Origin: Candidatus Caldarchaeum sp.
Lineage (GTDB): Archaea; Thermoproteota; Nitrososphaeria_A; Caldarchaeales; Caldarchaeaceae
Direction: 5' to 3'
NCBI GenBank assembly: GCA_038831915.1
Contig: JAWBKB010000004.1
Span: 42,253-106,252, forward strand
DNA: 64,000 nucleotides
Part shown: one piece after another, positions 1 through 8,925 of the stretch
Layout: the number at the start of each line of letters is the position of its first letter
Numbering within the stretch: the stretch's first letter is position 1
Notes under the pieces: model-generated
What the model was told of the DNA's origin: nothing
Seen by the model: only the letters and a program-made list of their open reading frames with translations
The model's database searches: none
Position numbers and translations under genes: made by a program

Positions 1-558
1 CTTCGAATCACCCTCTTTTTTTGTGACGATGATTCTGTTTGGGGCAAGGTCTTCGATGGCGACTATTACTCTTTCGGAGCCGTTGATGATAAAGTATCCT
101 CCGGGGTCTCGGGGGTCTTCGCCATGGGCGAGAAGCTCGTCGTGCGACATTTTCGAAAGTGGGCAAATGTCTGACTTTACCATTACGGGCACAGTTCCAA
201 TCCAGACGTTTTCAGGAGGGGCGAGAGGCTTCCCGTCTAAGTAGATGCTCATCTTAACATACAGCGGAGCTTCGTAGGTAAGGTTCCGCAGCCTCGCCTC
301 CCATGGATACAACGGCTGAGGGTTGGGCGCGTCAATTTCACGCTTGGTCGGAATGTCGACGGAAACCGTTCCGAACTTGACAACCACAGTTCCGTGTTTG
401 GTCTTTATCTCGTATTCACCGATGGAATTTATCAGCTGCTGCAGCCCTTCTTTTATGAAATAGTTATAGGATTTGATGTGATGCTGGACGAGCCCTTCGT
501 CCTCGAGGTTAGATTTGAAAACATCCCACAAATCATGTTGGTTGAGCTGTGGATTCAT
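1..558 (-). CDS. rpoB: DNA-directed RNA polymerase subunit B, N-terminal part (runs off the window edge)
   Basis: Manual translation from ATG 558: MNPQLNQHDLWDVF...GLVQHHIKSYNYF...PWEARLRNLTYEAPLY...DPGGYFIINGSERV; directly downstream of rpoH. Confidence 0.95.
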   Translation of the reverse strand, partial: MNPQLNQHDLWDVFKSNLEDEGLVQHHIKSYNYFIKEGLQQLINSIGEYEIKTKHGTVVVKFGTVSVDIPTKREIDAPNPQPLYPWEARLRNLTYEAPLYVKMSIYLDGKPLAPPENVWIGTVPVMVKSDICPLSKMSHDELLAHGEDPRDPGGYFIINGSERVIVAIEDLAPNRIIVTKKEGDSK

Positions 559-559
559 G

Positions 560-826
560 CTATGATTCACCCCATACAACTCTGTAATAAACCGCTTCGC
601 CGGCTGTCTGAGACCTTCGAGTTATTTTGATGATGTCGCCGACTTTTGCCTTCAGCCTTTTCACCATCGGGTCTGACGGAAGAATGTACGGAAGCTTGTC
701 ACGGCTGACGCCGAGACGGGCTAATAGCTCATCGGCCTCACGCGGGGACAAAACTTCATGCTTCGGAACCAACACATGCAGTGATATGTCTATTTCATGT
801 TGTTTCTCGGCTTTTTCCTTTACCAT
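560..826 (-). CDS. rpoH: RNA polymerase subunit H (Rpo5)
   Basis: HVLVPKHEVL...LPYILPSDP...GDIIKITRRSQTAGEAVYYRVV. Confidence 0.97.
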   Translation of the reverse strand: MVKEKAEKQHEIDISLHVLVPKHEVLSPREADELLARLGVSRDKLPYILPSDPMVKRLKAKVGDIIKITRRSQTAGEAVYYRVVWGES

Positions 827-942
827 GGCCTACACCAAAACAATTACGCTGTTTTCATACGTCTGAACACTCACTATTAAGTCTTGATTCAAATTTGAAA
901 CTTTCGCAACGCATAATTAATGGTTTACGTCTAGATAGGTGG

Positions 943-1374
943 ATGGTTGAACGCAGTTCTCGTCGAATACGTATCCTACTGGCGAAACCCGGGCTGGATG
1001 GACACGACCGGGGGTTGCTGATTTTGGCGCGGGCTTTCCGCGACGCAGGATTTGAGGTGGTTTACGGAGGCATTTTACGCAGTCCCGAAGAAGTGGTAGA
1101 AATAGCTGTCCAGGAAGATGTAGACGTGGTCGCTTTAAGCCTACACAACGCAGACCATATACCTAATTTCATCAAAGTTGCACGGCTTCTGAAGGAGAAA
1201 GGAGCCCACGACATTTTAGTGGTTGGCGGCGGCATAATCCCACCTGAGCACAAACCCATTCTCGAAAAAGAAGGAATAACCGGAAATTTCGGCCCTGGCA
1301 CACCTCTTCAAACCATCGTCGATCACATCTATGAAAGAGTAAAACGTGAAAAATGGGGAATCATTAAAACTTAG
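943..1374 (+). CDS. Acyl-CoA mutase small, cobalamin-binding subunit
   Basis: [10 protein letters not shown] (DxHxxG) B12-binding motif and GGGIIP; start moved to ATG 943 because the longer ORF overlaps rpoH. Confidence 0.92.
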   Translation: MVERSSRRIRILLAKPGLDGHDRGLLILARAFRDAGFEVVYGGILRSPEEVVEIAVQEDVDVVALSLHNADHIPNFIKVARLLKEKGAHDILVVGGGIIPPEHKPILEKEGITGNFGPGTPLQTIVDHIYERVKREKWGIIKT

Positions 1375-3152
1375 ATGATCAAGGGTTCACGCCAAGTACC
1401 GAAAACTTCTCTGCCCACGTTCATTATCTCTTCGAGAGTCGCGTAGTTTTTCACAGCATCGATAATGTACGGCATGACGTTTGTCGCAGGGTTTTCGAAA
1501 GCTTTTCGAAGATTTTCCAGTGATTGTTGGACTTCTGAGTTGTCCCTGCTGTTTTTGACCTCGTTCAGCCGTTGAATTTGTTTTCTCGCAACGGATTCGT
1601 CAACTACGAGGTAGCTGATTTGCTTTTCCTCGGCGACAACGTATTTGTTAACTCCCACGACCACTTCTTCGCCCTTCTCGTAGGCTATCTGAGTCCTGTA
1701 AGCTGATTCATGTATTTCACGTTGGGGATATCCGGCTTTGATAGCCGCGAGCATTCCGCCAAGCTCGTCTATTTTCTCGAAATATTTCACAGCTTCCTCC
1801 ACCATTTGCTGCGTAAGCCATTCGACGTAGTATGAGCCGGCGAGGGGGTCGATGGTGTCGGCCACACCCGTTTCTTCCGCGATGATTTGCTGTGTTCGCA
1901 ACGCTATCATCACGGCTTCTTCTGTGGGAAGGGCCCATGCTTCGTCGTAGCTGTTCGTGTGCAGCGACTGTGTTCCTCCGAGAACAGCGGCCAACGCTTC
2001 GATGGTTGTCCTGACTATGTTGTTCAATGGCTGTTGCCATGTCAGAGATGCTCCTGAAGTTTGTGTATGAAACCTCAAAGTTAACGACCTTGGATTCCGA
2101 GCTCCGTAATATTCTCTCAGAACCATGGCCCAAATTTTCCTTGCTGCCCGGAATTTTGCTATCTCTTCGAAGAAGTTCATGGTTGAGTTGAAGAAGAATG
2201 AAAAACGTGGAACGAATTCGTCGACTTTCATGCCGGCTACGATTCCTAGGTCTACGTATGTGAAGCCATCCATCAAAGTGAAGGCGAGTTCCTGCAACGC
2301 GGTGGCTCCTGCCTCACGTATGTGATAGCCGCTGATGCTGATGAAATGCCAGTTCGGCATATGTTGGGTGCAGTACTGCATCATGTCGCGAATGATTCGT
2401 AGATGTGCTTCCGGCGTGAACGCCCATTCCTTCTGCGCTATATACTCCTTTAAAATGTCTGTCTGCGTCGTGCCTCTCAGCTGTCGCTGGCTAACTCCCT
2501 GCTTTTCCGCTACGGCGATAAGCATGGCGAGCAGAACCGCGGCCGGCGCGTTAATCGTCATCGAAACACTTGCCGAGTTTAGCGGAATCCCGCTGAAAAT
2601 TATTTCCATGTCTTTCAACGTGGCCACTGAGACTCCGCATTTTCCTACTTCCCCTTCACTCCGCGGGTTGTCTGGGTCGTAACCATAGAGTGTCGGCATG
2701 TCGAAAGCGACGCTTAACCCTGTTTCACCGTGTTCAAGAAGAAATTTGAAACGTTTGTTTGTTTCCTCCGGTGTTCCAAACCCGGCGAACTGTCTCATAG
2801 TCCAAAGCTTTCCACGATACATGGTCGTGTAAACTCCACGCGTATACGGATACATGCCGGGATAACCCAGATCGAATTCATAGTCGAGCCAAGAAACGTC
2901 GAGCGGGGTGTATATCGGCTTGACTTCAAAACCGGAGGACGTTTTGAAGACCTTTTTCCGTTCATTCGAAACGGAAACCGCTTGGCTGTATTGTTTCGCC
3001 CAATCTGCAAACGATCGTTTAATTGTCTCCAAAGCTTCAACGTTGAATAGAGATGTTTTACGGTGTTTTGTTTGGAATTCATGTATTTTTCGCCGCCAGT
3101 ACGGTAGCCTTTTATTGCTGGCTTCAGAGAGATTATGGGAAATGTCGTCCAC
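1371..3152 (-). CDS. B12-dependent acyl-CoA mutase large subunit (methylmalonyl-CoA mutase family, isobutyryl-CoA-mutase-type residues)
   Basis: [51 protein letters not shown]; true start may lie downstream. Confidence 0.93.
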   Translation of the reverse strand: MDDISHNLSEASNKRLPYWRRKIHEFQTKHRKTSLFNVEALETIKRSFADWAKQYSQAVSVSNERKKVFKTSSGFEVKPIYTPLDVSWLDYEFDLGYPGMYPYTRGVYTTMYRGKLWTMRQFAGFGTPEETNKRFKFLLEHGETGLSVAFDMPTLYGYDPDNPRSEGEVGKCGVSVATLKDMEIIFSGIPLNSASVSMTINAPAAVLLAMLIAVAEKQGVSQRQLRGTTQTDILKEYIAQKEWAFTPEAHLRIIRDMMQYCTQHMPNWHFISISGYHIREAGATALQELAFTLMDGFTYVDLGIVAGMKVDEFVPRFSFFFNSTMNFFEEIAKFRAARKIWAMVLREYYGARNPRSLTLRFHTQTSGASLTWQQPLNNIVRTTIEALAAVLGGTQSLHTNSYDEAWALPTEEAVMIALRTQQIIAEETGVADTIDPLAGSYYVEWLTQQMVEEAVKYFEKIDELGGMLAAIKAGYPQREIHESAYRTQIAYEKGEEVVVGVNKYVVAEEKQISYLVVDESVARKQIQRLNEVKNSRDNSEVQQSLENLRKAFENPATNVMPYIIDAVKNYATLEEIMNVGREVFGTWREPLII

Positions 3153-3185
3153 GTATTGTATATACCGTTGCTCGGTTATAAGAAT

Positions 3186-4112
3186 TCAGTTTTTACGGAA
3201 AACGGTTCGGATGATTTTTAGGCTGGCACGGTATGGATTCTGCTCCTGTTCAGCTATTTTCGCGATAATCTGCTGGTTTTCTGGTTTTTGAAGCGCCGTT
3301 CGAACCTGTTCCTGGACGATGGTCTTGATTTCAGCGATCAACTGTGATTTGCGACGTTTTTCGACTTCACCCGAAGCCCGAAGTTGCTGCCATGTATGAA
3401 GTATTGCATCGGCGAGCTCTTTCGCTCCTTCACCTGTCAATGCATTCGTTCTCAACACGGCGACGTGGTCTTTTCTTCGGTGCAGAAATGTTTCAAGCAT
3501 TTTGGCTGTTAGCGATGACCTTGGGTCGTCTGATTTGTTGACAACGTACAAGTCTCCTACTTCGAGCAGGCCTGCTTTGACTGCTTGAATGCTGTCGCCC
3601 ATGTCTGATGTAACAACGACGACAACCAGGTCGACCGTTTCGTGAACCGCGACGTCGGTTTGTCCGGCTCCGGCTGTTTCGAGAATTATGATGTCGTAGC
3701 CGGCGGCGTCGAAGATGCGTAGAACTGGTTTCACAGGGAGCGCGATGCCTCCGCCTGCGCCGCGTGTCGCCATGCTGCGGATGAAAATTTGTTTGTCGGC
3801 CGGTAGATGCGTCATTCGCACTCTGTCGCCGAGGACGGAGCCTCCTGTGAATAGGCTGGAGGGGTCGACGGCGAGAACGGCTACGCTGAGCCCCGATTTT
3901 TTGAAATGTTCTAGTGTTTTTCCGATGAGAGTGCTTTTGCCTGAGCCGGGAGGGCCGATAAACCCAATCACGGGAACACCTCTTACCTTCGAAGAAATTT
4001 TAGTTACAAAATCCCATGCGTTGGGTGACAGAGATTCTACCAGGCTAATCGACTTGGCCACAGCTTTGACGTCTCCAGCCAAAACCAGTTGAACAAGCTC
4101 GTCGACGTCCAA
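3186..4112 (-). CDS. meaB: MeaB/ArgK G-protein chaperone of acyl-CoA mutase
   Basis: GPPGSGKST, AVDPSS, GSVLGDRVRM, ETAGAGQ, VNKSD; TTG start at 4112 preceded by GGAG. Confidence 0.9.
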   Translation of the reverse strand: MDVDELVQLVLAGDVKAVAKSISLVESLSPNAWDFVTKISSKVRGVPVIGFIGPPGSGKSTLIGKTLEHFKKSGLSVAVLAVDPSSLFTGGSVLGDRVRMTHLPADKQIFIRSMATRGAGGGIALPVKPVLRIFDAAGYDIIILETAGAGQTDVAVHETVDLVVVVVTSDMGDSIQAVKAGLLEVGDLYVVNKSDDPRSSLTAKMLETFLHRRKDHVAVLRTNALTGEGAKELADAILHTWQQLRASGEVEKRRKSQLIAEIKTIVQEQVRTALQKPENQQIIAKIAEQEQNPYRASLKIIRTVFRKN

Positions 4113-4160
4113 CCCACTCCTTTTACCCTGCAACAGATAATAACTTTCACCGCACCAAAC

Positions 4161-4172
4161 AAAATTTAAATT
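4161..4172 (+). promoter_or_regulatory. TATA box upstream of the tRNA 5' half
   Basis: AAAATTTAAATT about 26 bp upstream of 4196. Confidence 0.5.
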
Positions 4173-4195
4173 GAAACCAGCCGACACCGATACAC

Positions 4196-4230
4196 GGGCC
4201 CATAGCTCAGCCAGGTTAGAGCGGCCGGCT
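4196..4230 (+). pseudogene. tRNA 5' half only (Ile/Lys-like), ending just before the anticodon
   Basis: GGGCCCA-TA-GCTC-AGCCAGGTTA-GAGC-G-GCCGG-CT gives the acceptor 5' strand, D arm and anticodon-stem 5' strand, then unrelated AT-rich sequence; no 3' half seen. Confidence 0.8.
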
Positions 4231-4642
4231 ACGATATTATATTCTTTGATGTGATGTTGTTCTTCTTTTTTCTCGGCTTTTTTCTTAATACTCTGTTGCG
4301 GTAGGGACATCTATCCCTGTTCTCGAACGTTTGATGGCATACACTGCAGAATGACTGTCCTCTGCTGTATTGTGGATGGATGCCTGAGGGTATGGAAGGA
4401 GATTCTTCATAGTCTTTATAGTTGAATCGTGGTGTTCCATCCTCAACCCACACATCTATCCTAATCTGTCTCCCGTCGTTAGCCTCGTAATGAGGCAGGT
4501 TTTTAAACATGCTGGGTATTCTAAGCCTAAAACCAGCCGATACATCGTATCTTCCTTTAAAATCCTCCCCCTTACACAACCACCATGATACCATGTCTTC
4601 AGCATTTCGTGAAAGATGGTAATTTGCTCCAGTAAGCTGCAC
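4229..4642 (-). CDS. Hypothetical protein, possibly decayed, ending in a Zn-ribbon-like basic segment
   Basis: ORF with CSVCHQTFENRDRCPYRNRVLRKKPRKKK; lies in the accessory island. Confidence 0.3.
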   Translation of the reverse strand: MQLTGANYHLSRNAEDMVSWWLCKGEDFKGRYDVSAGFRLRIPSMFKNLPHYEANDGRQIRIDVWVEDGTPRFNYKDYEESPSIPSGIHPQYSRGQSFCSVCHQTFENRDRCPYRNRVLRKKPRKKKNNITSKNIIS

Positions 4643-4660
4643 AAGGGTTACGGATACGTC

Positions 4661-5400
4661 TTAGACATGATTGAAACCCCAGTGGTCTAGGTCTGTTGTG
4701 CTGAAGGTTCTGAACTCCCTGACCATGACGTAGTCTAGGTCTGTTAAGAAGGTCATGGACCCTATCCTGCTTCCGTCATCGCCTTTGAAGACTGCTTTTA
4801 TTCTAAGCTCGGCCTTAAGCCTTCCGACCGGAGAGTCCTGAGGAGGATTGACACTCAGGTTGAAGTATGTGTCGAGGGGCTTGGGTAGACCCTGCCCCGT
4901 GCAGATTGCCAGAACCCTATAGGCCACTCATACCCCGACACCATAAGCTTTATGCTTGTTATGTTGAAGACACCCTGCTCGAAGTTCTTCAGCCTGACCA
5001 AACCCCATCCAGCTCCTCCAGCATGTATGTCTCCCTGCCAGCTGAGAAGGTCTGAGACAACCCTCCAAAACCCACCAGCCTCCCTCAAAAGACATACTGT
5101 GAAAACCTCTCCTATTGAGAACCTTCTCTCACCATGGGTAAACCTATAACCGCTTCCAGTAATATAATAGGTGTAGTGCCATGCGTAGCCCTGTATCTCA
5201 TCATAACCCGTCATGTTTATGACTGACGAGGCCCTGTGGCCTGGGTTATCTAAGTTGACAGAGGCTCCTACTATGGGCTGCTGGTTAGAGCAGTCCAAAA
5301 CCCTTACATAAAACTTACCGTATGGTGTTCCAGAAGGGGAAGTGGTGCCCGCACTGCAGCAACATAGTTGAGAGGCTGTACCAAGCCTATAGTGACAGGG
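4661..5400 (-). pseudogene. Frameshifted remnant of a beta-rich, probably secreted or surface protein
   Basis: Overlapping ORFs 4855..5298 and 4661..4927 in different frames; FYVRVLDCSNQQPIVGASV resembles a carboxypeptidase-regulatory-like domain start. Confidence 0.4.
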
Positions 5401-5930
5401 TTGTGTTCATAATAGTGGCCGGGGGTATACAGGTTGTGTGAAGGCTAGTTGAAGCGGCTCAGGAGGCTGAGAAACATGATAGTGTCAATCATATAGTTTT
5501 AGACAACTGTTGTAATATCATGCCTATTTTTAGATAGCTGTCGAAGCAAAAATTGTCATGAAAACTCTACGGTGTTTCCTACGCTTCAACAGCCATTACT
5601 ATGGGTTCTGCTGCTTTGGGCAAATTGGTGTTCGACGGCTGTCGTTCGTCTGAAACAACACCTGATTCACGTAAATTTCGGCTTTCTACACAGTGTTTTC
5701 TCCATGTGTTATGGTAGTACGTTTCGGAGAATTTTTGACATTTTGAAACCCTGCCTAAATCCCTGAAGTTTCGCCTACCCACAGAGGTGGAGTGTAAAAA
5801 TAATGACGCTTTACGTCAAACGTCTAAGCATAATCAGTACAACCTTAGCAAAACCTGTCACTGCTCTCCAGTGTTTCGCCTCCACAGTACATTTATCTGC
5901 TTAAATCCATGTGAGTTGAACAAACATGTA

Positions 5931-6090
5931 ATGAGCGGGACGATGGTCCCGTGATGGAAGACCTGAGGCCATCCCCTCCGGACGGGGAAGGGATGTGAAG
6001 GCTTAGGGTCGTCCCGCGAACACACATGGGAAAACTCCGCCAAAAACAAACCCTCACCCACACCCGCCGTAAAAGGCGGCCACCCCATTC
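5931..6090 (+). ncRNA. Candidate structured non-coding RNA or mobile-element end
   Basis: GC-rich intergenic segment with GCGGGACGA/TCGTCCCGC outer stem, ATCCC/GGGAT inner stem, CCGCC-GTAAAA-GGCGG hairpin and an upstream CTTAAAT box. Confidence 0.45.
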
Positions 6091-6362
6091 AGAGATATCG
6101 TGGGATGGCGGGGGAAAGTTTGGCTGGAACCAGTCCTTGGGACGGTTCGCTCGGACCGACAGGCGTGCAGTAGGGAGACAGACGATTAAGATAACATCCA
6201 GAAGATGATAGACGACGTCCTCCACATCCATTCCCAAACACCCCTCAACATTTTCCCCGATGGGAGGGCCTTCCGCTGGAGAACGGTTCTTCAATACTCT
6301 GGCTGGAGGCTATGAAGAAATGACTACCCCGAAAAGAGGCTTATAAACCTCTCGGGAGAGAA

Positions 6363-7142
6363 GTAAGAAGGTTCTTCGTTGATGTTCACACGTCTGCAAA
6401 CGGTCGTAGAGGGAAGGCGCATCTTGTCTTCGACGGACATCAGTGTGTTAAGACGTCTCGTCTTGTGGATGTTCCCGCAGGTGAAGGTGATGAGGTCTAC
6501 GTTGACGTCATACCTTCAACCATGTATGACGATGTTTCTACGCTTCTAAGCCGTGGAGTCAGGGTTTTCAGGCTGAGGAGAACAGACATCATAGCCGCTT
6601 ACAGAGACAGGTTCTCACTACCGAAGAACGACGAAAACGACGCTAAAATACTATCGATGGTTGAAGGCGAATGCTTCGTGGACGTTTCAGCAAAATACGT
6701 GGAACTGATGAAACTCTTAGAAGAATACAACAAACAACTCAACCTCCTAAAACTGTTGAAACAGTTCAAAACATCCGCAGAAGCTATAAAACCCATACGT
6801 AGAAACAAAAACAGGCTGGCACGACAGATAATAAGCATGGCAACGAACACAATAAGCATATACAGGCCTTTATGCGAGACTCTCGGTTTATCAGACGACT
6901 GTCTCTATGGAAAGGTTGCTCTAGCAGACCTCCTACTACACGTAGACTTCACGACTGGTCTGAGAAAAATCATCTGCTACACCGGACTCTACAAACCAAA
7001 CAACCGCAAATACAACCATCGACTGAAACAGGCTGCCCACTCCCTTGCATTAAGCCACTACAGGAAAAACAAGGTCAAAGCCAGACACATACGAAAACTC
7101 CTAAAAACAATCAAACAAACAATAGCTGGAGGCCCGGCCTGA
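6363..7142 (+). CDS. Compact IS110-family-like protein (RuvC-like DEDD domain, helical linker, Tnp/Nop-like domain)
   Basis: Frame stays open upstream of GTG 6465 and reads RRFFVDVH (first acidic motif); also VYVD, KNDENDAKIL and ICYTGL. TTATAAA box at 6341. Start codon uncertain (GTA at 6363). Confidence 0.7.
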   Translation, partial: VRRFFVDVHTSANGRRGKAHLVFDGHQCVKTSRLVDVPAGEGDEVYVDVIPSTMYDDVSTLLSRGVRVFRLRRTDIIAAYRDRFSLPKNDENDAKILSMVEGECFVDVSAKYVELMKLLEEYNKQLNLLKLLKQFKTSAEAIKPIRRNKNRLARQIISMATNTISIYRPLCETLGLSDDCLYGKVALADLLLHVDFTTGLRKIICYTGLYKPNNRKYNHRLKQAAHSLALSHYRKNKVKARHIRKLLKTIKQTIAGGPA

Positions 7143-7264
7143 CAACGGGGAAAAACCAGATGAAGGCCGGGCAATAGAGCGCCAAACGCCATATAGGCGA
7201 TACGCCAGGCAATTCACGGTTTTCATCCAGCTTCCCAGACGTTGCCAGATGAAGGGCCTCCAGC
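7125..7264 (+). ncRNA. Candidate guide or bridge-like RNA overlapping the 3' end of the IS110-like gene
   Basis: Stems 7125-7135/7254-7264 (11 bp) and 7132-7140/7164-7172 (9 bp); CCAGATGAAGG repeated at 7156 and 7245. Confidence 0.45.
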
Positions 7265-7398
7265 CAAACTCTCCCCTCATTTTTCCCTTTCGGACATATT
7301 CTTATATAAGCGCCGTTGGCTTATTTAGCTAGGGGCTCTATTCCTGGAGTTGTTTGAACGTATTTAAATAACGGCGTTATAAATCGTGCGATAGAACC

Positions 7399-8172
7399 AT
7401 GGAACTCAAAATAGTAGACCTCTACGCCAGCGTAGAAGGACGACAGATTCTCAAAGGCGTAAACCTCACCGTCAGAGAGGGTGAAATACACAGCCTCATG
7501 GGGCCGAACGGCTCGGGGAAAAGCACTTTGGCGTCCATCATAATGGGTCATCCAAAATACACAGTCGACAGCGGAGACATCCTACTCGACGGCGAAAGCA
7601 TCGTAGACCTATCCCCTGACGAAAGAGCACGCCGAGGCCTCTTCCTCGCATTCCAATATCCCGTCGAAATTTCTGGAGTCACCCTCGCTAACTTCCTCCG
7701 CAGAGCTTACATCAACATGAAATACAGCAGAGAAGCCGACAAATCAAAAATCAGTGTCCCCGAATTTCAAAAGCTCCTAAGAGAAAAAATAGAGATGCTG
7801 AAGCTCGACCCGTCCATCGCACGACGCTATCTCAACGAAGGTTTTTCGGGAGGTGAGAAGAAACGCTGCGAAATCCTCCAGATGGCCATTCTTTCACCAC
7901 GTATCGCCATTTTGGACGAAACTGATTCAGGACTCGACATCGATGGTGTCAAAATCGTCGCCGAAGGAGTTAGAACAATTTCGCAGAAAACAGGAATGGG
8001 AGCACTCGTAATCACACATTACCAGCGAATACTCAATTATCTTAAGCCAGACATCGTTCACGTTATGTATGGGGGACGCATCGTCGAAACAGGAGCTCAA
8101 GATCTCGCTCATTTGCTCGAAGAAAAAGGGTATAGTGTTATTGAGCAGAAGTACGGCCCGCCTAACGGCTGA
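7399..8172 (+). CDS. sufC: Fe-S cluster assembly ATPase SufC
   Basis: GPNGSGKST, LFLAFQYPVEISG, RYLNEGFSGGEKKR, LDETDSGLD, ITHYQRIL. Confidence 0.96.
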   Translation: MELKIVDLYASVEGRQILKGVNLTVREGEIHSLMGPNGSGKSTLASIIMGHPKYTVDSGDILLDGESIVDLSPDERARRGLFLAFQYPVEISGVTLANFLRRAYINMKYSREADKSKISVPEFQKLLREKIEMLKLDPSIARRYLNEGFSGGEKKRCEILQMAILSPRIAILDETDSGLDIDGVKIVAEGVRTISQKTGMGALVITHYQRILNYLKPDIVHVMYGGRIVETGAQDLAHLLEEKGYSVIEQKYGPPNG

Positions 8173-8893
8173 TCGGCGTCGTTGGAATTCTCGCCCTAAC
8201 GGCTTTGTACACTGGTATTGCGACAGCTGAACCCACGACGACCTGGCCGATGTTTAATGGAATTTCGGCGACTGGCACGATGTCAGGCAACACTCCGAGC
8301 CACACCGCTAGCATCTCATAGAGGAAGTAACCTGTCACCATTACGAGTCCCGCTGCAAGAAGCGATATGACGAGCCATGCTTCAACCTCTTTTCGGCGGA
8401 AAACGTAGTACGCTGGGACGGCGGAGCCGAGCAGCGCCAGAACCACCCATGTCACGGGGCTGACGAGAACCGTGAATGTTTCTCCACCCAGTGGAGTTAT
8501 TTCAACCAACCCGCTCATGAGGAAAATGCCGACGGAAATCAGAATTCCGAAGTAAACCCCCACCATGATGGCTGATAATAGCAATGCATTTGGGAAGTTG
8601 ATTCGCCGCAGCCTTTGATATAGTATGGCGGCGACTGCTCCTTCAGCGGCTTTGATGACCAAAGTTCCAGGCGCAAAGACTGCGTAGCCGAGCACAATGT
8701 CAGCAATCGCTGAGCCTACTCCTCCAGCGAAAGCACCTACGAATGGCCCGCCGATGAGAGCCGCAAGATATACCATGGTTTCGCCGAGGTTGAAATAGCC
8801 ACGGGTGAGCGGGAAGTAAACGCTCAAAACCATTGTTGCTGCCGCGACCAACGCGGTGAAAACCACGGCCAATGCAATGGTGGAGCCTTTCAT
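8162..8893 (-). CDS. ECF transporter S component
   Basis: GYFNLGETMVY...GGVGSAIADIVLGYAVFAPGTLVIK; multiple TM helices. Confidence 0.8.
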   Translation of the reverse strand: MKGSTIALAVVFTALVAAATMVLSVYFPLTRGYFNLGETMVYLAALIGGPFVGAFAGGVGSAIADIVLGYAVFAPGTLVIKAAEGAVAAILYQRLRRINFPNALLLSAIMVGVYFGILISVGIFLMSGLVEITPLGGETFTVLVSPVTWVVLALLGSAVPAYYVFRRKEVEAWLVISLLAAGLVMVTGYFLYEMLAVWLGVLPDIVPVAEIPLNIGQVVVGSAVAIPVYKAVRARIPTTPISR

Positions 8894-8925
8894 AAGACGT
8901 CGGTGTGATTTTGGAATAATAAATT

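Larger units (their letters stand above)
6111..7276. mobile_element. Putative IS110/IS1111-like element bounded by inverted repeats
   Basis: GGGGAAAGTTTGGCTGGA (6111-6128) versus TCCAGCCAAACTCTCCCC (7259-7276), 17/18 complementary, enclosing an IS110-like ORF. Confidence 0.55.

Noticed and set aside
4113-4310. N-terminal extension of MeaB in the ORF track
   Set aside because: It runs antisense through the tRNA fragment and its promoter; family similarity and an RBS point to TTG 4112.
5572-6294. Short ORFs 5572..5766, 5579..5782, 5858..6088, 5893..6294 and 6026..6208
   Set aside because: No recognisable motifs; they overlap each other and the structured non-coding segment.
5900-7290. TIGR array or CRISPR array beside the IS110-like gene
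   Set aside because: CCA and TGA motifs occur but without regular periodicity; the only exact repeat (CCAGATGAAGG) occurs twice, 89 bp apart. No repeat-spacer array or cas gene was seen in the window.
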